From NCBI RefSeq assembly GCF_009914755.1, contig NC_060929.1: a stretch of DNA of 64,000 bases. One strand, 5' to 3'. The notes under the pieces are model-generated. The model had not been told where the DNA came from and made no database searches. It was given only the letters and a program-made list of their open reading frames with translations. The stretch is from the human T2T-CHM13v2.0 reference genome, Homo sapiens. Positions 1 through 14,235 of this stretch are shown here, piece by piece. Both the position numbers and the translations under genes were made by a program. The stretch's first letter is position 1. Each line of letters starts with the position of its first letter.

Positions 1-180
1 CAGTAGCCTTAGTTTTATTTAAATTATAACAGACGTACATTATCTAATGGATCAGACAAACAATAAATTATTGTCAGGGTAGAAATATTGGCTGGCATTT
101 TGGTCCTACGTGAACTAAAATAACTCTATATTTAACAGATTATTGTAAAAAAGATATATATAAAGTAAAAAATATATATT

Positions 181-184
<4 letters not shown>

Positions 185-221
<37 letters not shown>
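185..221 (+). repeat. (CA)n microsatellite, about 18 units
   Basis: Run of cacaca... read directly, preceded by a TA run. Confidence 0.95.
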
Positions 222-223
<2 letters not shown>

Positions 224-1512
224 TTTTTTTGACAAGGGTACAAAGACAATTCAACATAAAAAAATTCTTTTTATCAATTATGCTGAGAGAAATGGAAATC
301 CACAGGCAAAGAAAGAAATTGGACCCCTACCTAACACCATATACAAAGTTAACTCCAAATGTATCGGAGACTTAAATGTACGAGCTAAAACTATACAACT
401 ACTGGAAGCAAACAGATGCTGCTGTCTTCCCGACCTTGAATTAGGCCATGATTTTATGGATATAATTACAAAAATCTCAAGTAGTCAAATAAAAAGTAGA
501 TAAATTTGACTTTACCACAATTAATCTTTGGTGCCTTAAAGTATCATCAGGAAAGTGAAAAGACAATCCACTGAATGAGAGAAAATACTTTTAAATTTTT
601 ATGTATCTAGAAAGAGACTTGTATCTAGAAGATATAGAGTTATTTCTATCCAACTCTAAAGGTACAAATGGCTCAATTAAAGTAGGCAAACTATTTTAAT
701 AGCCATTTCCTCAAAGATAAATAAAAATTGTCAATGTGTCTGAATAGCTGCTTAAAATTATTAGTCCTTATAGTAGAGCAAATCAAAACCACAATAAAAT
801 ATCTGCTTATATTTACTAAGATAGTTATAGTAACAACAATAATAAGGTCAATACTGTGTTGCTGAGGACCTGGAAAAACTGGATCCCTCATATAATGCTG
901 GTGGCAATTTAAAATAATGTAGTTGCTTTGGGAAAACAGTTTGGCATTTTTTCCAAAGTTAAACATAGAGTTACTATATAACTCAGCAAGTTCACTGCTA
1001 GTTAAAAATGCTCAAGATAATTGAAAACATATGCCAACACAAAAACTTTTACACAAATGCTCATAGCAGCATCATTCATAATTGTCAAAAAAGTGAAAAC
1101 AACAAGAAAGCCTATCAGTTGATGAATAAATAAACAAAATATGCCATATCCACATAATGGAATGTTATTCAGCTATGAAAAAGTACGGTACATGCTAGAA
1201 CACTAAGGAACTTTAAAAATATATGATTAGTGAATAAAAGCCAGACACAAAATGCTACATATTCTATCATATGAAATATCCAGAATAGGCAAATTTATTG
1301 AGACGGAAGGCAGATTAATGTTTGCCAGGGACTAGAAAGAGGGGAAAATTAAGAATGGCTATTAATATATGTGAATTTCTTTTAGAGGTGATAAAGAAAT
1401 TTTAAAATTAGAGAATAGTGATGGTTGTAAAATTCTGTGAGTCTACTATTGGAATTTTACATTTTAAAAGAATGAATTTCATGGTATATGAATTAAATCT
1501 CAATAAAACTAA
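222..1512 (+). mobile_element. Old LINE-1 (L1MB-like): degenerate ORF2 3' end plus 3' UTR
   Basis: ORF2-type motifs (tttgacaagggt, gacccctacctaacaccatatacaaa, agctaaaactata); ends ...ggtatatgaattaaatctcaataaa, typical of L1M 3' ends; no intact frame. Confidence 0.85.
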
Positions 1513-2774
1513 CAAAAATTATATATAATATTTATTATTAAGAAACTTGATTACTGTATCAGAAGCTAGGATTATCTTGAGGTTCATGGAACAGACAGTA
1601 AATGGTTTGCAGATGGAATAACTTATTAAAAATTCTTCTGAATTTCATGAAGGCAGAATGAATTGGATGTATAAGAAATCAGACAAATATTTGGAGACTC
1701 TTCTATAACATGCAGTATTACATCTTCGAATAAAAAGATTGAATTATAAAAAATATTTTAAATATAAAATTATCAGAGTATAATTACTGATTAGACAGTG
1801 AATCTAAAGAATAATAAGAAGTCATCTGTGATGTCATGTTTTCAAGCTTATGAAAAGAAAATGGAAATCAGGTAAATTCTGGAAATATAAACTTTACTGC
1901 CATCTGCCCATAGGTCACAACTAAATGCAATAAGTTTTTGTTCTTTTCTTTTTTGTGTGAGTGGTATTGATTTACATATGGACTTTGCAGGTAAATTCCA
2001 CTCTTCAATGGGTAGTCCATTAGCAGCAGCCTATTTTTTTCAAGTTTATTTTTCTCCTTGGCCCTAAACCATTAAAATCATAGCATAGGGCAGTACATTT
2101 TGAGCTTGGAGTGACACTTCATTACTGCATATAGGGAACAGTTTCTGTAAAAAGAATACCCGGTGCAATTAAAAAATAGGAAAATGTTGCTGTTACAAAA
2201 GCTGTTGCTGCTGACTGAAAGATGAAGTAAAGGAGAATCTGTTGGTCCCTTCATCATGACTGGACAAACTATTTATGTGAACATACAGTGGAGAAAAACC
2301 TGTTTTTCAAAACAAGGATACACACAGGACAAATCTTAAGATTCATGGATTTCTATTCAACAAAACACAAAAACGAAGGAAACAGATGGGGTGACAGTCT
2401 GGGCTTTGATATTTACAACCTCTACAATCCACAAGGGATTAGCATCAGGAATTTAGGAGGAACTTTTGTAAATCAACTAATAAAACACATAAAACAAAAG
2501 GAAATTGAGCAAAGAATATGAATATGATGAGAAAATAAACTAAACTAGAAAAATTTAGATGTAATTAAAACAGAATTAGTAAATTTACAGTAACAGAAAT
2601 TGATATTAATATAATAATGAGATAGAAGATCTTTTAAGAAAACCTGGTTGGCAAAAATTAAAAGAATACCAAATGTTGGGGATCTGGTAAATGACGTTAA
2701 ATCATAGCAGGATTGTAAATTGATTATATTCTTTAAAATAAAATTTGCAGAACTTGATAGGATTAAGTAGCATG

Positions 2775-3067
2775 GGTGGGGCTTGGTGGCTCACCTCTGT
2801 AATCTCAGCACTTTGGGAGGCCAAATTGGACAGATCACTTGAAGTCAGGAGTTCAAGACTAGCCTGACCAATATGATGAAACCCCATCTCTACTGAAAAC
2901 ACAAAAATTAGCCAGGTTTGGTGGTGGGCGCCTGTAATGCCTGCTACTCAGGAGGCTGAGGCACGAGAATTGCTTGAACCTGAAAGGCAGAGGTTGCAGT
3001 GGACTGAGACCACATCACTGCACTCCAGCCTGGGCGACAGTGGGAGACTCCGTCTCAAAAAAAAAAA
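2775..3067 (+). mobile_element. Alu (AluS), full length
   Basis: Dimeric Alu with central A-rich linker and A tail. Confidence 0.95.
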
Positions 3068-3821
3068 GTAATAATAGTAATAGCATGTATTAGTGTCCCA
3101 GAAATTCATTCCTAGGCATTTACCCCCAGAGAATGTCTCTTCCTGATATATAAGATAACAAGGAGATGCTAGTTAAGCCTGTCAAGTTAACATAAAGTTA
3201 ATTATCACTATTTATATTTATTAATGCACTTTAATTTGTAGTTTCTATTTTACCTGCTCTCTTTTCTACTTTTCTCCCTAAACATTGGATATATTTTCTC
3301 TCTTGTTCTGCATTTTAAAAATTGATTGATTTCTTATTTCACTTTTTTCTCTACTCACTTAAAAACTACATACCCTATTTCTATCAATTGTGTTGTTAAA
3401 ATTTTTAAATTCATATTTGATCAGGTCCAAGAATAATCATTATTACTTCCCTCCTCCTAAAAAAAGATAATAGTCTTAAATGTTTCTGTGGACTATGCTT
3501 ATACTTAGTCTATGCTATAGTTTATCATTTTTGATTTTACTTAAAATTTTAGACTTAAGTATGATAGTGTTTTACTGACGTTGATATTTAATCCATATTT
3601 ACTACTCTTTTTTCTTATTATTTCTCTTGCATCCCAGGACTATTTTAGGTATTACTTTCCATTTTTCTCCTTTCTGAGGACACAATTTAGAATTTTATTT
3701 TTATAAATTTTTAGCCTTCATAAGTATTAACCACAAATAACAGTTTGTAGTCATAAAAGGTAACTTGGCAGTTATTTCTCTGAGCACTTTAAAGCTATTC
3801 TTTCATTCCATATATATATTT

Positions 3822-4108
3822 ATTTTTCTTGAGACAGGGTTTCACTCTTGTCTCCCAGGCTGGAGTGCAATGGTGCAATATCAGCTCACTGCAACCTCTG
3901 CCTCCGAGTTCAAATGATTCTCCTGCCTCAGCTTCCCGAGGAGCTGGGATTACAGACACCACCATGTCTGGATAATTTTTGTAGTTTTAGTAGAAATGGG
4001 GTTTCACCATGTTGGCCAGGCTGGTCTCGAACTCCTGACCTCAGATGATTTGCCCACCTTGGTCTCCCAAAGTGCTGAGATTACAGGCATAAGCCATGGA
4101 ACCTGGCC
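3822..4108 (-). mobile_element. Alu (AluS)
   Basis: Reverse-complement Alu from tttttcttgagacag to cctggcc. Confidence 0.95.
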
Positions 4109-4489
4109 CTCCTTTTACATATTTATTATTAGCATGTGTCCTGTGTATGAATAACCTTTTCCCTCATATAATATCTTACTTCTCTTTAGTTGTTTTTAAG
4201 ATATATTTTGGGGGTACTGCTTTTTGGTACTCTAAATTGCCTGAGTTCTGTCTAGTTTGGTACAAAATTAATTTTATTTATCCCTGTTAGGGTTAGTAGA
4301 GAAATCAAAATCTAAAGATTCATGGAAGAGAAAATCCAAATGGTCATCACAGTTTATTCAGAAAAAGTACTAAATAATATTTAATAACTATTTAGGATTT
4401 TTTAGAAACATAAAACTACAAAGAGAAGAAAACTTCCTCAGTCTGCTAAAGAGTATTGTACCAAAACCCCCCAAACTACAGCTAATACA

Positions 4490-5056
4490 CTAACCAGGTT
4501 CATTTTGCCCACGCACACTGAACCAATCACTGTGATGACTGATTTTGCAAAAGAAAAAACATTTATTCACAAGGCAGCCAAGCAAGGAGGCAGAACAGTT
4601 CTTAAATCCACTTCCCTGAAGATAAGGCTTGTGAATATTTATGGATTAGAGAAGAATGTGGTCTAAGACACGAGGAAAGGTAATAGGCAGTGGGGAAAAA
4701 TGAAGTTATCAGTGCTCTGTGCAAGCATAGTTGAGATTTATGCCATTTCATAGGACATATATTTAGAAAATGGCAACATTATCATGATCTGAGTGTGAAG
4801 TTTTCAATCCTGTGGCATCAAAATGCCACCTCTTAGGCATTTGCACAGGTCCAGTTGAAGGGTTGGTGGTCTCTGTTTGAACTGAACAGAAGCTGCCCCC
4901 AAGTTCCTGAAAAACAACTTAAGCAACAGTTACCATGGTGACATATACATATTATCTATAAAAAAGCCAGTGAAGGTTAAGTTACAATGTTCAGTGGTGT
5001 GGCCTTCAGGTATATGGAAAAAAAAAATAGCAAAAATCAAATGACCAAAATCTCAG
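4490..5056 (-). mobile_element. ERV1-type solo LTR (MER4/LOR1-like group) inserted in L1
   Basis: Starts taaccaggttcattttgccc, similar to reverse MER4-group LTR ends; polyA signal on minus strand (tttatt near 4562); splits contiguous L1 sequence; exact family uncertain. Confidence 0.6.
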
Positions 5057-5765
5057 TCAATGGTAAAAGACTACATGACTTCCCTCTAAGACTGGGTAAA
5101 AAGACAAAGATATCCATGAATATTACTTTTATTAAACACTGTTCCGGAGGTTGTAACAAGTGCAGTAAGGCAAGGAAATGAAATGGAAGGTATGCATATT
5201 GAAAATAAATTTTTTTAAAATTGTCTTTCTTCACAAATGACAAGATTATGTACATAGAAAATCATAAGAAAAATCACAAAACAACTTCTAGATCTAAAAA
5301 GTGATTTTACTATTACAATTCACATAAAAATCTATAATATTTCTGTATACTGGCAATAAACACTAAGAATTTTAAATTATAATACCATATACAATAGCAT
5401 CAAAAAATAAAATACTCATCAATAAATTTGACAAAATATATGAGATACATTTTACACTTATTTCTACAAAAATTGTTGATATCAATTTTTAAAATCCTAC
5501 ATAAATGGGAAGATCTACCATGTGTTTGGATGAAAAGACATATAATATTATTACAATAAAAAATTCTTCTCCCCAAACTGATTTATAGACTTGATGTCAT
5601 CCCTTCAAAAATTCCAAGGAGAAAATTTGGAAACATTGAAAAGCTAATTTTAAATTTTATATAAATATACGAAATCCCAGAAAAGCCCTCAAATTTTGGC
5701 AGGTTGAAAAAGAAGGCTGGAGGACTTACATTACCTGATTTCAAGACTTATTGGAAAAACATGTA

Positions 5766-6082
<317 letters not shown>

Positions 6083-6894
6083 AAGAAAGACATAGTAATG
6101 ACAATAGTTCACATAAGAATGTACATGCAGAATAGTAGCCTGGAGTAGAAAGGCTACAGGTAGAATTATACATACATGAACAATTTGTGATTGACAATAA
6201 TATACAGTGATGAAGTAGCTACATATCTATGTGCAAAAACATTAAGCTTGGCTTTTATCTGATATCATGTACAAAAAATGAAATTTAAATTAATTATAAA
6301 CCTAAAGTTAAAATGAAAAAACTATGAAAGTATTACAAATAAAAGTTTTCCATAATAAATTTTTGTGTCTGTGGAAATAAGCAAAGATTTCTTAGTAGGA
6401 CAGAAAAAGCATGAACTATAAAAGAAAAAAATTATAAATGGGACTTTATCAACAACAAAACGTTTTGAGACAAGGGTAAGAAAAGAAAAGGCAACCCAAA
6501 GACAGGAAGAAAATATTTTTTATAAATATGACAAAGGATTTCTCAATAGAATATACAATCAACCATTAAAACCATAATAAGAAAGGGAAATAAAATTAAA
6601 ATAAGAAATTTAGGTTTGATTTTAAAATGACCAAATGATGTTTAACAGATACTTTACAAAAGATATCATAGATGTTATCAAACACATGGAAAGATGCTCA
6701 GCATCTTTCTTCATTAGCCATCAAGGAAATGAAAATTAAAACCATAGCAAGATACCACTGCAAACACACTGTAACAGAAAAATTAAAACTACTGACAATA
6801 TTACATGCTTGAAAAGATGGGAAGTAACTGGAACTTTCATACATTCCTGGTAGGAATGTACAATATTACATCCCTATGAAAAACAATTTCACAG

Positions 6895-6895
6895 T

Positions 6896-6929
<34 letters not shown>

Positions 6930-6982
6930 TATATATGTATGTGTATATGTATGTATGTGTGTGTGTGTATATATATATATGC
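6895..6982. repeat. Compound (TA)n(CA)n(TG)n microsatellite
   Basis: Read directly. Confidence 0.9.
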
Positions 6983-7233
6983 GTAAACCCAGCAACACCA
7001 TCTAAGAGAAGTGAAAATATAAAATTTTCTTTATTTCCAAGGGCCAGAAACTAAAAACAACCCAAATGTTTAACAAAAGGTGAATAAATAAACATATGTA
7101 TTTGTGGGTCTGTGTGTGTATGTATGTGTTTACACTCACAGTGTAGTGCTACTCAACAATAAGGAAGATCAAACCACTCATCTACACAGCATAGATGAAT
7201 CTCAGTAATACTATTTTGAGTAATGCTGTAAAA

Positions 7234-7508
7234 CAGTTGTCCCCAAACATTTTGTCACCAGGGAACACTGTCATAGAAGACAATTTTTCCACAGATGGGA
7301 CATTAGGAGGATCGTTTCTGGATAAAACTCTTCGACCTCAGATCACCAGGCATTAGATTCTCATAAGTAGCACACAACCTTGCATGCACAGTTCACTATA
7401 GGGTTTGCTCTCCTATCAGAATCTAATGCCACTGCTGATCTGACAGGAGGCAGAGCTCAGGTGGCAATGCTTGCTTACCTGCTGGTCACCTCCTGCTGTG
7501 TGGCCCAG
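7234..7508 (-). mobile_element. MER1B hAT-Charlie non-autonomous DNA transposon, one end missing
   Basis: cagttgtccccaa TIR; internal inverted motif ggcattagattctcata...agaatctaatgcc; gatctgacaggaggcagagctcagg matches recalled MER1B. Confidence 0.85.
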
Positions 7509-8781
7509 TGTCACAGGATACTTAGGGTGTCACTTTGCCAGCCAGAAACCTCTGTGGCCAGTGAAACCTTCTGCCTGAGTATTGCTAGTGCCTGCTTGGC
7601 TCATTCTGCCCCCTTGGCCTGGCAGGCTGTGTTCAGGTCACACTATCAGCCCAAATCCCATACCTCCCGCGGGCAAACCAGGTGCAAAGTGGAGAGGGGT
7701 GTGTGGGCGAGCAAGCGTGGGGTCCGGCCACTGTGTCCAGCGTGCTGACTGCTGTGGCAGGGTGGGCAGCTCCAGGCATCAGCACAGGTGCTGGCTCCAT
7801 ATGAAGCTGTGGCTGGACCAGATATACTGCATGCAGCTTCAGTTTTGGGCATCCGCGTGTGGATGAGGGGAATGTGGTGGCACCCAGAGGCTTGGAGACG
7901 CCAGTAACCACAGAGCTCCAAAGAGAGTGTCACAGCCCTGGCCCTGAGAACAACTAGGTCTAGGCTCCCCAAAGGGCTGCAGCTCTTCTCTCCTTCTAGT
8001 CACCTGCAATGCAGCAAATGGGAGGGCATGTTTTAGCCATTTGTGTTACAGCTCTTTCGGTCCTGCCATTCAGCAAGTTCCAAGTTCTTGTCCTGCATCC
8101 ATGAAGAATGAGGTACACGGACAACTGGAGGGTGAGCAAAGCTGAGAGGACTTTCACTGAGTGAATGACTCTCAGGAGACCCACCATGGGAAGTTCCTTT
8201 CTGCAGGCAGGTTGCTCAATGTCTGTGTGAGTCTGGCTGGGTCTGGGGGTTTTATGAGCTCAGAATGGAGGAAGTTTGCACTGACTGGTCCCTGGGGAGC
8301 CATGGGCAGGCCAGAAATAGCACAGGTTTTCACTTGAGGATGTGGACTCCACCTGGAACTGACAGCAAGCCCCCGGGCTTCAGACCATCCCTGGATTAAA
8401 GGTGAGGCTTCACCAGGGACCTACCCCTTCCTGCCCAGGGGCCTGTCTGCCTCCTGCCACCACCAATCATGTCCGTGGTGCCCAGGCTGTTCATGCTTAG
8501 GGGTGCCTGCAGGCCTGTGCCAAGCTGCCCTCAGGACCCCCTCGAACTCCCTCAAGTCCAGAGGGAGTTCAGGCAGCAGGGACCTGGTATGTCAGTGCCA
8601 CCTCAAGTACTCACACACCCAGCTAGGTCACAACAGTTCCTGGGCTTAGCCTCAACTTTGCTCCAAAACTGGAGCAAGCACTGGAAGTAGGGACAGAGGC
8701 CTGGTAGTGGGAGCAGGTACTTCCAAGCCTGTGGGAGCATGGGGGCTTCTCAGGCCCCTGAGAGTGCAGGGAGGCCCAGGT
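7509..8781 (-). mobile_element. MER52-family ERV1 LTR, truncated
   Basis: Starts tgtcacaggatacttagggtgtcactttgccagccagaaacctctgtggcc; GC-rich; gaagaatgaggtacacggacaactggagggtgagcaa motif of MER52; source of the cluster of short ORFs at 7.4-8.7 kb. Confidence 0.85.
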
Positions 8782-9035
8782 AGATTTCCCTTAGGTTGTA
8801 TCCTTTAAGTTTTGCCTGATTTATATAAATTTTCACATTTTATATAGGGACACTTCTAAAATGCAGGGAAGGGGTGACTAGTCACTGACAGGAGAAAAAA
8901 TTCATGGACATTATAAATGAAGAAAAACATAAAATAATATTAAAAATAATGAGAGATTTTACACTGATCAATGATGATCATGGAGAATGATTAACTCAAA
9001 GTTTCTGTAACTAAAAACCAATTAAAATAATTAAG

Positions 9036-9303
<268 letters not shown>

Positions 9304-10502
9304 TTAAGAAACATCTCCCAAAATAAAAGACGTGTGCATTGAATGATTGAGGAATACATTGTACCTGTATGTAATGAGCTTATAGTCTTCTGGACCTCAA
9401 TCATTTGATGTGTCGTATATGCAAACCACACTTACCCAGATTCACTTATTTATTTATTTATTTTGCAGATATAAGTCAGCACAGAGCAGTTTATTTGCAC
9501 CACCATGGCTATATTACTTGCAAAAAAATTAGTTATTTTAAATTCTGTTATCTTTTTTAAGTATCAAATATGAGTACCTTTCATCTGTAGTCATCATACT
9601 ATTCAGAACTGTGCTTGCCCTTTCCTGGCATTCAACTCATTGCAAAGTAAGGCAAACAATATGGTTAAATTCAGTCTACTAAATCTTTGTAAGAATTATT
9701 TGTCTTAGAGTTATATATTAAGTTCTGCTGAGATTGGATGTACTGTGGGCAGCTGTTGGCACACAGAGAGATATTTGTGTTCTTACCTACTTTTTAGCCA
9801 CTCTAAATGGTTGGGGTTCTGCTTTCATTTCCTTGCCTCATTCCTCATGTTCCATTTGTATTAGGAAGCATTACTCTAATCTCGCACTGAAACTAAAAGG
9901 ATGCCTGCCCTTGATAGGTTCCCCACTCCCAACCACTCTCTTTAGAGGAAGATATTATAATTAATACAATATTTGATAACCATGTTTCAAAATGGCTGCA
10001 CCATTTGATATTTCTCCAACAATTGATGTTAAATTTGGTTTATCCATATCATCACCAACACTTGTTATTGTCTGTGTTATTTTAGCTTCCTGTGGATATG
10101 AAAAGGTATCTCCTTGTGGTTTTTAATTTTCGTAATGTACATGCTTGTTTATTTTGAATGATCTGAATCCCAAATAAATGATATTATTTCTGCCTGATTT
10201 TGAGGGGAGATAGTTGCAGCTGTTTCCTAGATTTCTGCTAATACAATATAACAGTCTCAGTAGAGGGGCTTACCCAAAATATGCTCAACTTTGTCACTCT
10301 CCTTTAGTCTTGATACTCCAAACTACTTGGCTACAATCAGGTCAATCACCCTGCTTAGACTCAACTTCTTTTCTTGTCAACGTAATCTCAGATGCTAAAG
10401 TCCTTTATAAGCAAGTCTTGTAGAAGTTATATACACATCTGGTTTAACGACAACAAACTGACTTAAAAAAAAACATTGATTATAAAAGAAATTAGCTGCT
10501 AG

Positions 10503-10840
<338 letters not shown>

Positions 10841-11549
10841 TTAACAAAATAATCCATTCAGATTTTAATGGAGTTCAGTAGGAAATTATTCACAGAAAAT
10901 AAATATCAATACATAACTGAAAATATACTCTGGCAGAAAAGCTGTATCGTGTATAATTAATTGCATTATACAAATTATAATCTTTTATAGATTTTTTAAA
11001 TTAATGTGAATTAAAGTTAATTTAGAGAATCGGAAATAATAGTTTTTATAATTATGGTAGCATATTTAAGGCTACATTTTCTGAATCTTTAAACTTTGCA
11101 AACTGATTCAGCTAATAGCTGGAGACTCAGAACTACACTGATAGCAAATTTCCTCCAGACAATAGAAGATTGAAGAGAAAATTTAAAAACAAATATATAA
11201 CATTTAAAAAATGTTCTTAATTACACTGATGCAAACACTAAGCAGAATTTTGTGTCTAGTTATAACTAGACTTGCTCTCATTTGTTTATCTCTGGAATAT
11301 TAACCCAATATTCACTGCAGCTCTCTGAAGATAAGTGACTAAGAAGATGTAACTAGATGATATTGTACATAGACACAATAAATATTTTTGAATTCATGAG
11401 GAAAAATAAGTAACTCACTATTATAAAACTATTGAGGCAAATTGATGTATAATGTTTTATATGAACAAACATTTGTAAGAAGACTTAGAAATGAGTCTCT
11501 CTTAATTTATAAAATATATTTAATCTAAATAGAAGTAATATTTCAAATG

Positions 11550-11828
11550 ACTGGTAAAGTTACAATTAAATAGAAGAAATAAGCTCTGGTGTTCCATTGC
11601 ATAATATGATGACTGGTGTTAACAAAAATGCATTGTATATTTCAAAATAACTACAAATTTTTGAAATTGAATGTTCTCATCACCAATAACATGCAATACA
11701 TGTTTAAGGTGAGGAATATGCTAATTTTGCTAATTTAATCATTACACAATTTATATATGTATTGGAATATCACATTTAACTTCATAAATATGCACAATTA
11801 AGTGTCAATTATAAATATTTTTAAAAGA
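11550..11828 (+). mobile_element. L1MA-type 3' UTR fragment
   Basis: attgtatatttcaaaataact...gaatgttctcatcac...taatcattacaca...tgtcaatt. Confidence 0.75.
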
Positions 11829-12024
11829 AAGCAGATCAAACAGATTATGATTGATAAAAGATTCAACAGGCAGAACTTTAAGATTTTCCAGAATTCCCAA
11901 ACACAGGAAAATTTTGAAACTCACTCACCATGCCTGTTGGAGGCATCTAACTATAAAGTAGTCTAAAAAGTTTAGTCAGTCGAATGAGTTTGGTGTGATC
12001 CAACAATCTTCGGGTAATTAACTG

Positions 12025-12074
12025 CAGAAGGAAGCTGTTAAGATCCAGAAGGAAGCTGTTAAGATCCAGAAGGA
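12025..12074 (+). repeat. 21-bp perfect tandem duplication (cagaaggaagctgttaagatc x2 plus a partial unit)
   Basis: Read directly. Confidence 0.95.
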
Positions 12075-14235
12075 GGTGAAGTGGAATGGGGGACTGCAAC
12101 ATTTTAGTAAAAGCAGCAGCAGCAGCCAGAGATAGCTGCATGCAGTAAAACAAAAGAGAGAACAGAGAATAGTGATAAGAGATCTAGCAAAATCCAGCCT
12201 TTTGTTTTCATTCCCTGAGTGCTTTCATGGGCTTATGTGATATATTTTCATAGAAGGGGTTGGTAGGACCTAGCAAAGAAAGCTAAGTAGTGCCTGCTCA
12301 TCACCTCTAATATCACCCTACTCTGTCCCCAAATCAGTTTGATTGCAACAGTATAGAATGAGAACCCAGGCATGAGTAGACTGCACTTCTGGAAGCCAAG
12401 CATTTAAGGAAAGTTCCATCGTCCTGAATAAATAATAAAGCATCAAGAAACAAAATGAAACAACAAAATGCAAACATGCATTGTGAGGGGAAAAAAATAA
12501 AACTGCAAACACTGTGCCAGGTGACCCTACTATGTGAGGATTAGGATATTTTCATATCACCATTTACTCCCTCCACCGTAGTCCTTTGCCTGCTTCTGCT
12601 AGTTACACAAGTCTTGCTTCTCTCCTCCCAAACTCATTTGCAGTCAGTTTTCTGCTAACACACTCTCTGTCTGACCCTCAGGATCTGGCCCTTCCACTCA
12701 CTATGTGTAGTTGTAGTGAATTCTTTAGGCTTGCATTTGGATGTAATCTCTGGTTATTAATCCATGGCTGAAACTGCCATTACAGTACAGATTTAGGTCC
12801 TAATACTTCATAATTTTATGTTTCCTCAAGGTAAGTCTACATCTTTCTTACCACACTAAAAGCTTTTAAGTTCTAAAATCTTTTTTAAGGATAATATCCA
12901 TCCCCATCCCCAGGCATTTCTGTGATGGCAGCAATATGAGACACAGCTATCCAATATAGCCCATGTTTTTCAAACCTAATAAAACTCTTCCACAAATACA
13001 GCTCATGCTAATTAAATTAGCAATCCATCATTCAGTACTTACCTATTTATGGCTTATTCCTATTGAGAACTTTTTAGATACCAGAAATGCAAGATATGTG
13101 TCTAATTCTTATATTTAGGGAGTTCAATATTCTAAAAGATGGGTAAGTGTTATATAAACAATTACCGAAAATATGTAAAGAAAAAATGATACAGAAAAAT
13201 ACAGGGTATTGAAAAATATATACAATAATGTATATTTTCTGAGGAGATAATATTGCTTAATCTAAGTTTTAATTATTATAGCCTATGCTGTAGTGATGTT
13301 TTAATTAATTATAAGAGGTGAACAATGGCTGGTCAATCACTATTACACTTTAGAAGTACAGAGGGTGAATTGAAGAGACGGTGAGTATATGGAAATTCTA
13401 CCTGTATGTCTTGACAAATGTGTAATACATCATGAAAAAAGAAATGTATTGAAACTGCTGGGTAATCATCAGCTATTACCTTTATTTTGTGTAAATCTAG
13501 GTAAAATAGAAGGATCTTTGCTAAAATATTTATTTTAAGAGAAATACAAATTCCCTATTTGGTATTATAATATTTTATCCAAAGATTTATGAGTGGCTTG
13601 AAAATACTTTATAAATTCATATCAATTTATTCTTCCTTTTATTCTGAAGTTATAGAATTGAAAGCAGCAATTTTCAGCCTACCCCATGTTGCATTGCCAT
13701 CTAGAGAGCCATGGAGTGTAAATGCATATTTGAAACAATTTCGACACTGCACTGCAGCAGTAATTTATTCCAAAGATGTAGCTTCTAATATAGAACATGT
13801 TGGTGGATGCAAATTCCTAGTGACAATTGTTTTTTGTTAGTTTGTTTTTGTTTGGGCCTTCTCTAGATAAAATTTAGAGTGAGTTAGCCAAGTGATTGTC
13901 CTGAATATTCTACGCTTCCTCTATATAGTTGCTTGTTTTTTTAGATGTTAAAAATACTTTTGAGTATGGTTTGTATATCACAATGGTAGAAAGTAGACTT
14001 GTTAATATGAAAAAGACAGCCTTGCTAATAGAGACTGAGATCTCCTAATTTTATATTAAGTCAAACTCCAAGCTTGATATATCTCGTTTTTAAAACATGT
14101 GGTGAGACCAGTCTTTTATATTTTTTTCCCAAGGAAGGTTACATTATTTAAATGTATTGTTTAAGGGGATATTCTAGTTGGTACTTATGCTACTTATTTG
14201 TGTGTGTGTGCACACATGCTAAATCTACCCCGTAG

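Noticed and set aside
7380-8690. Cluster of overlapping ORFs in a GC-rich stretch, suggesting a gene or CpG island
   Set aside because: Lies within MER1B/MER52; stop codons are rare in GC-rich LTR sequence
13800-13835. Octamer ATGCAAAT near a Sox-like ACAAT
   Set aside because: Spacing does not match the Sox-Oct composite; single motifs are expected by chance in AT-rich DNA
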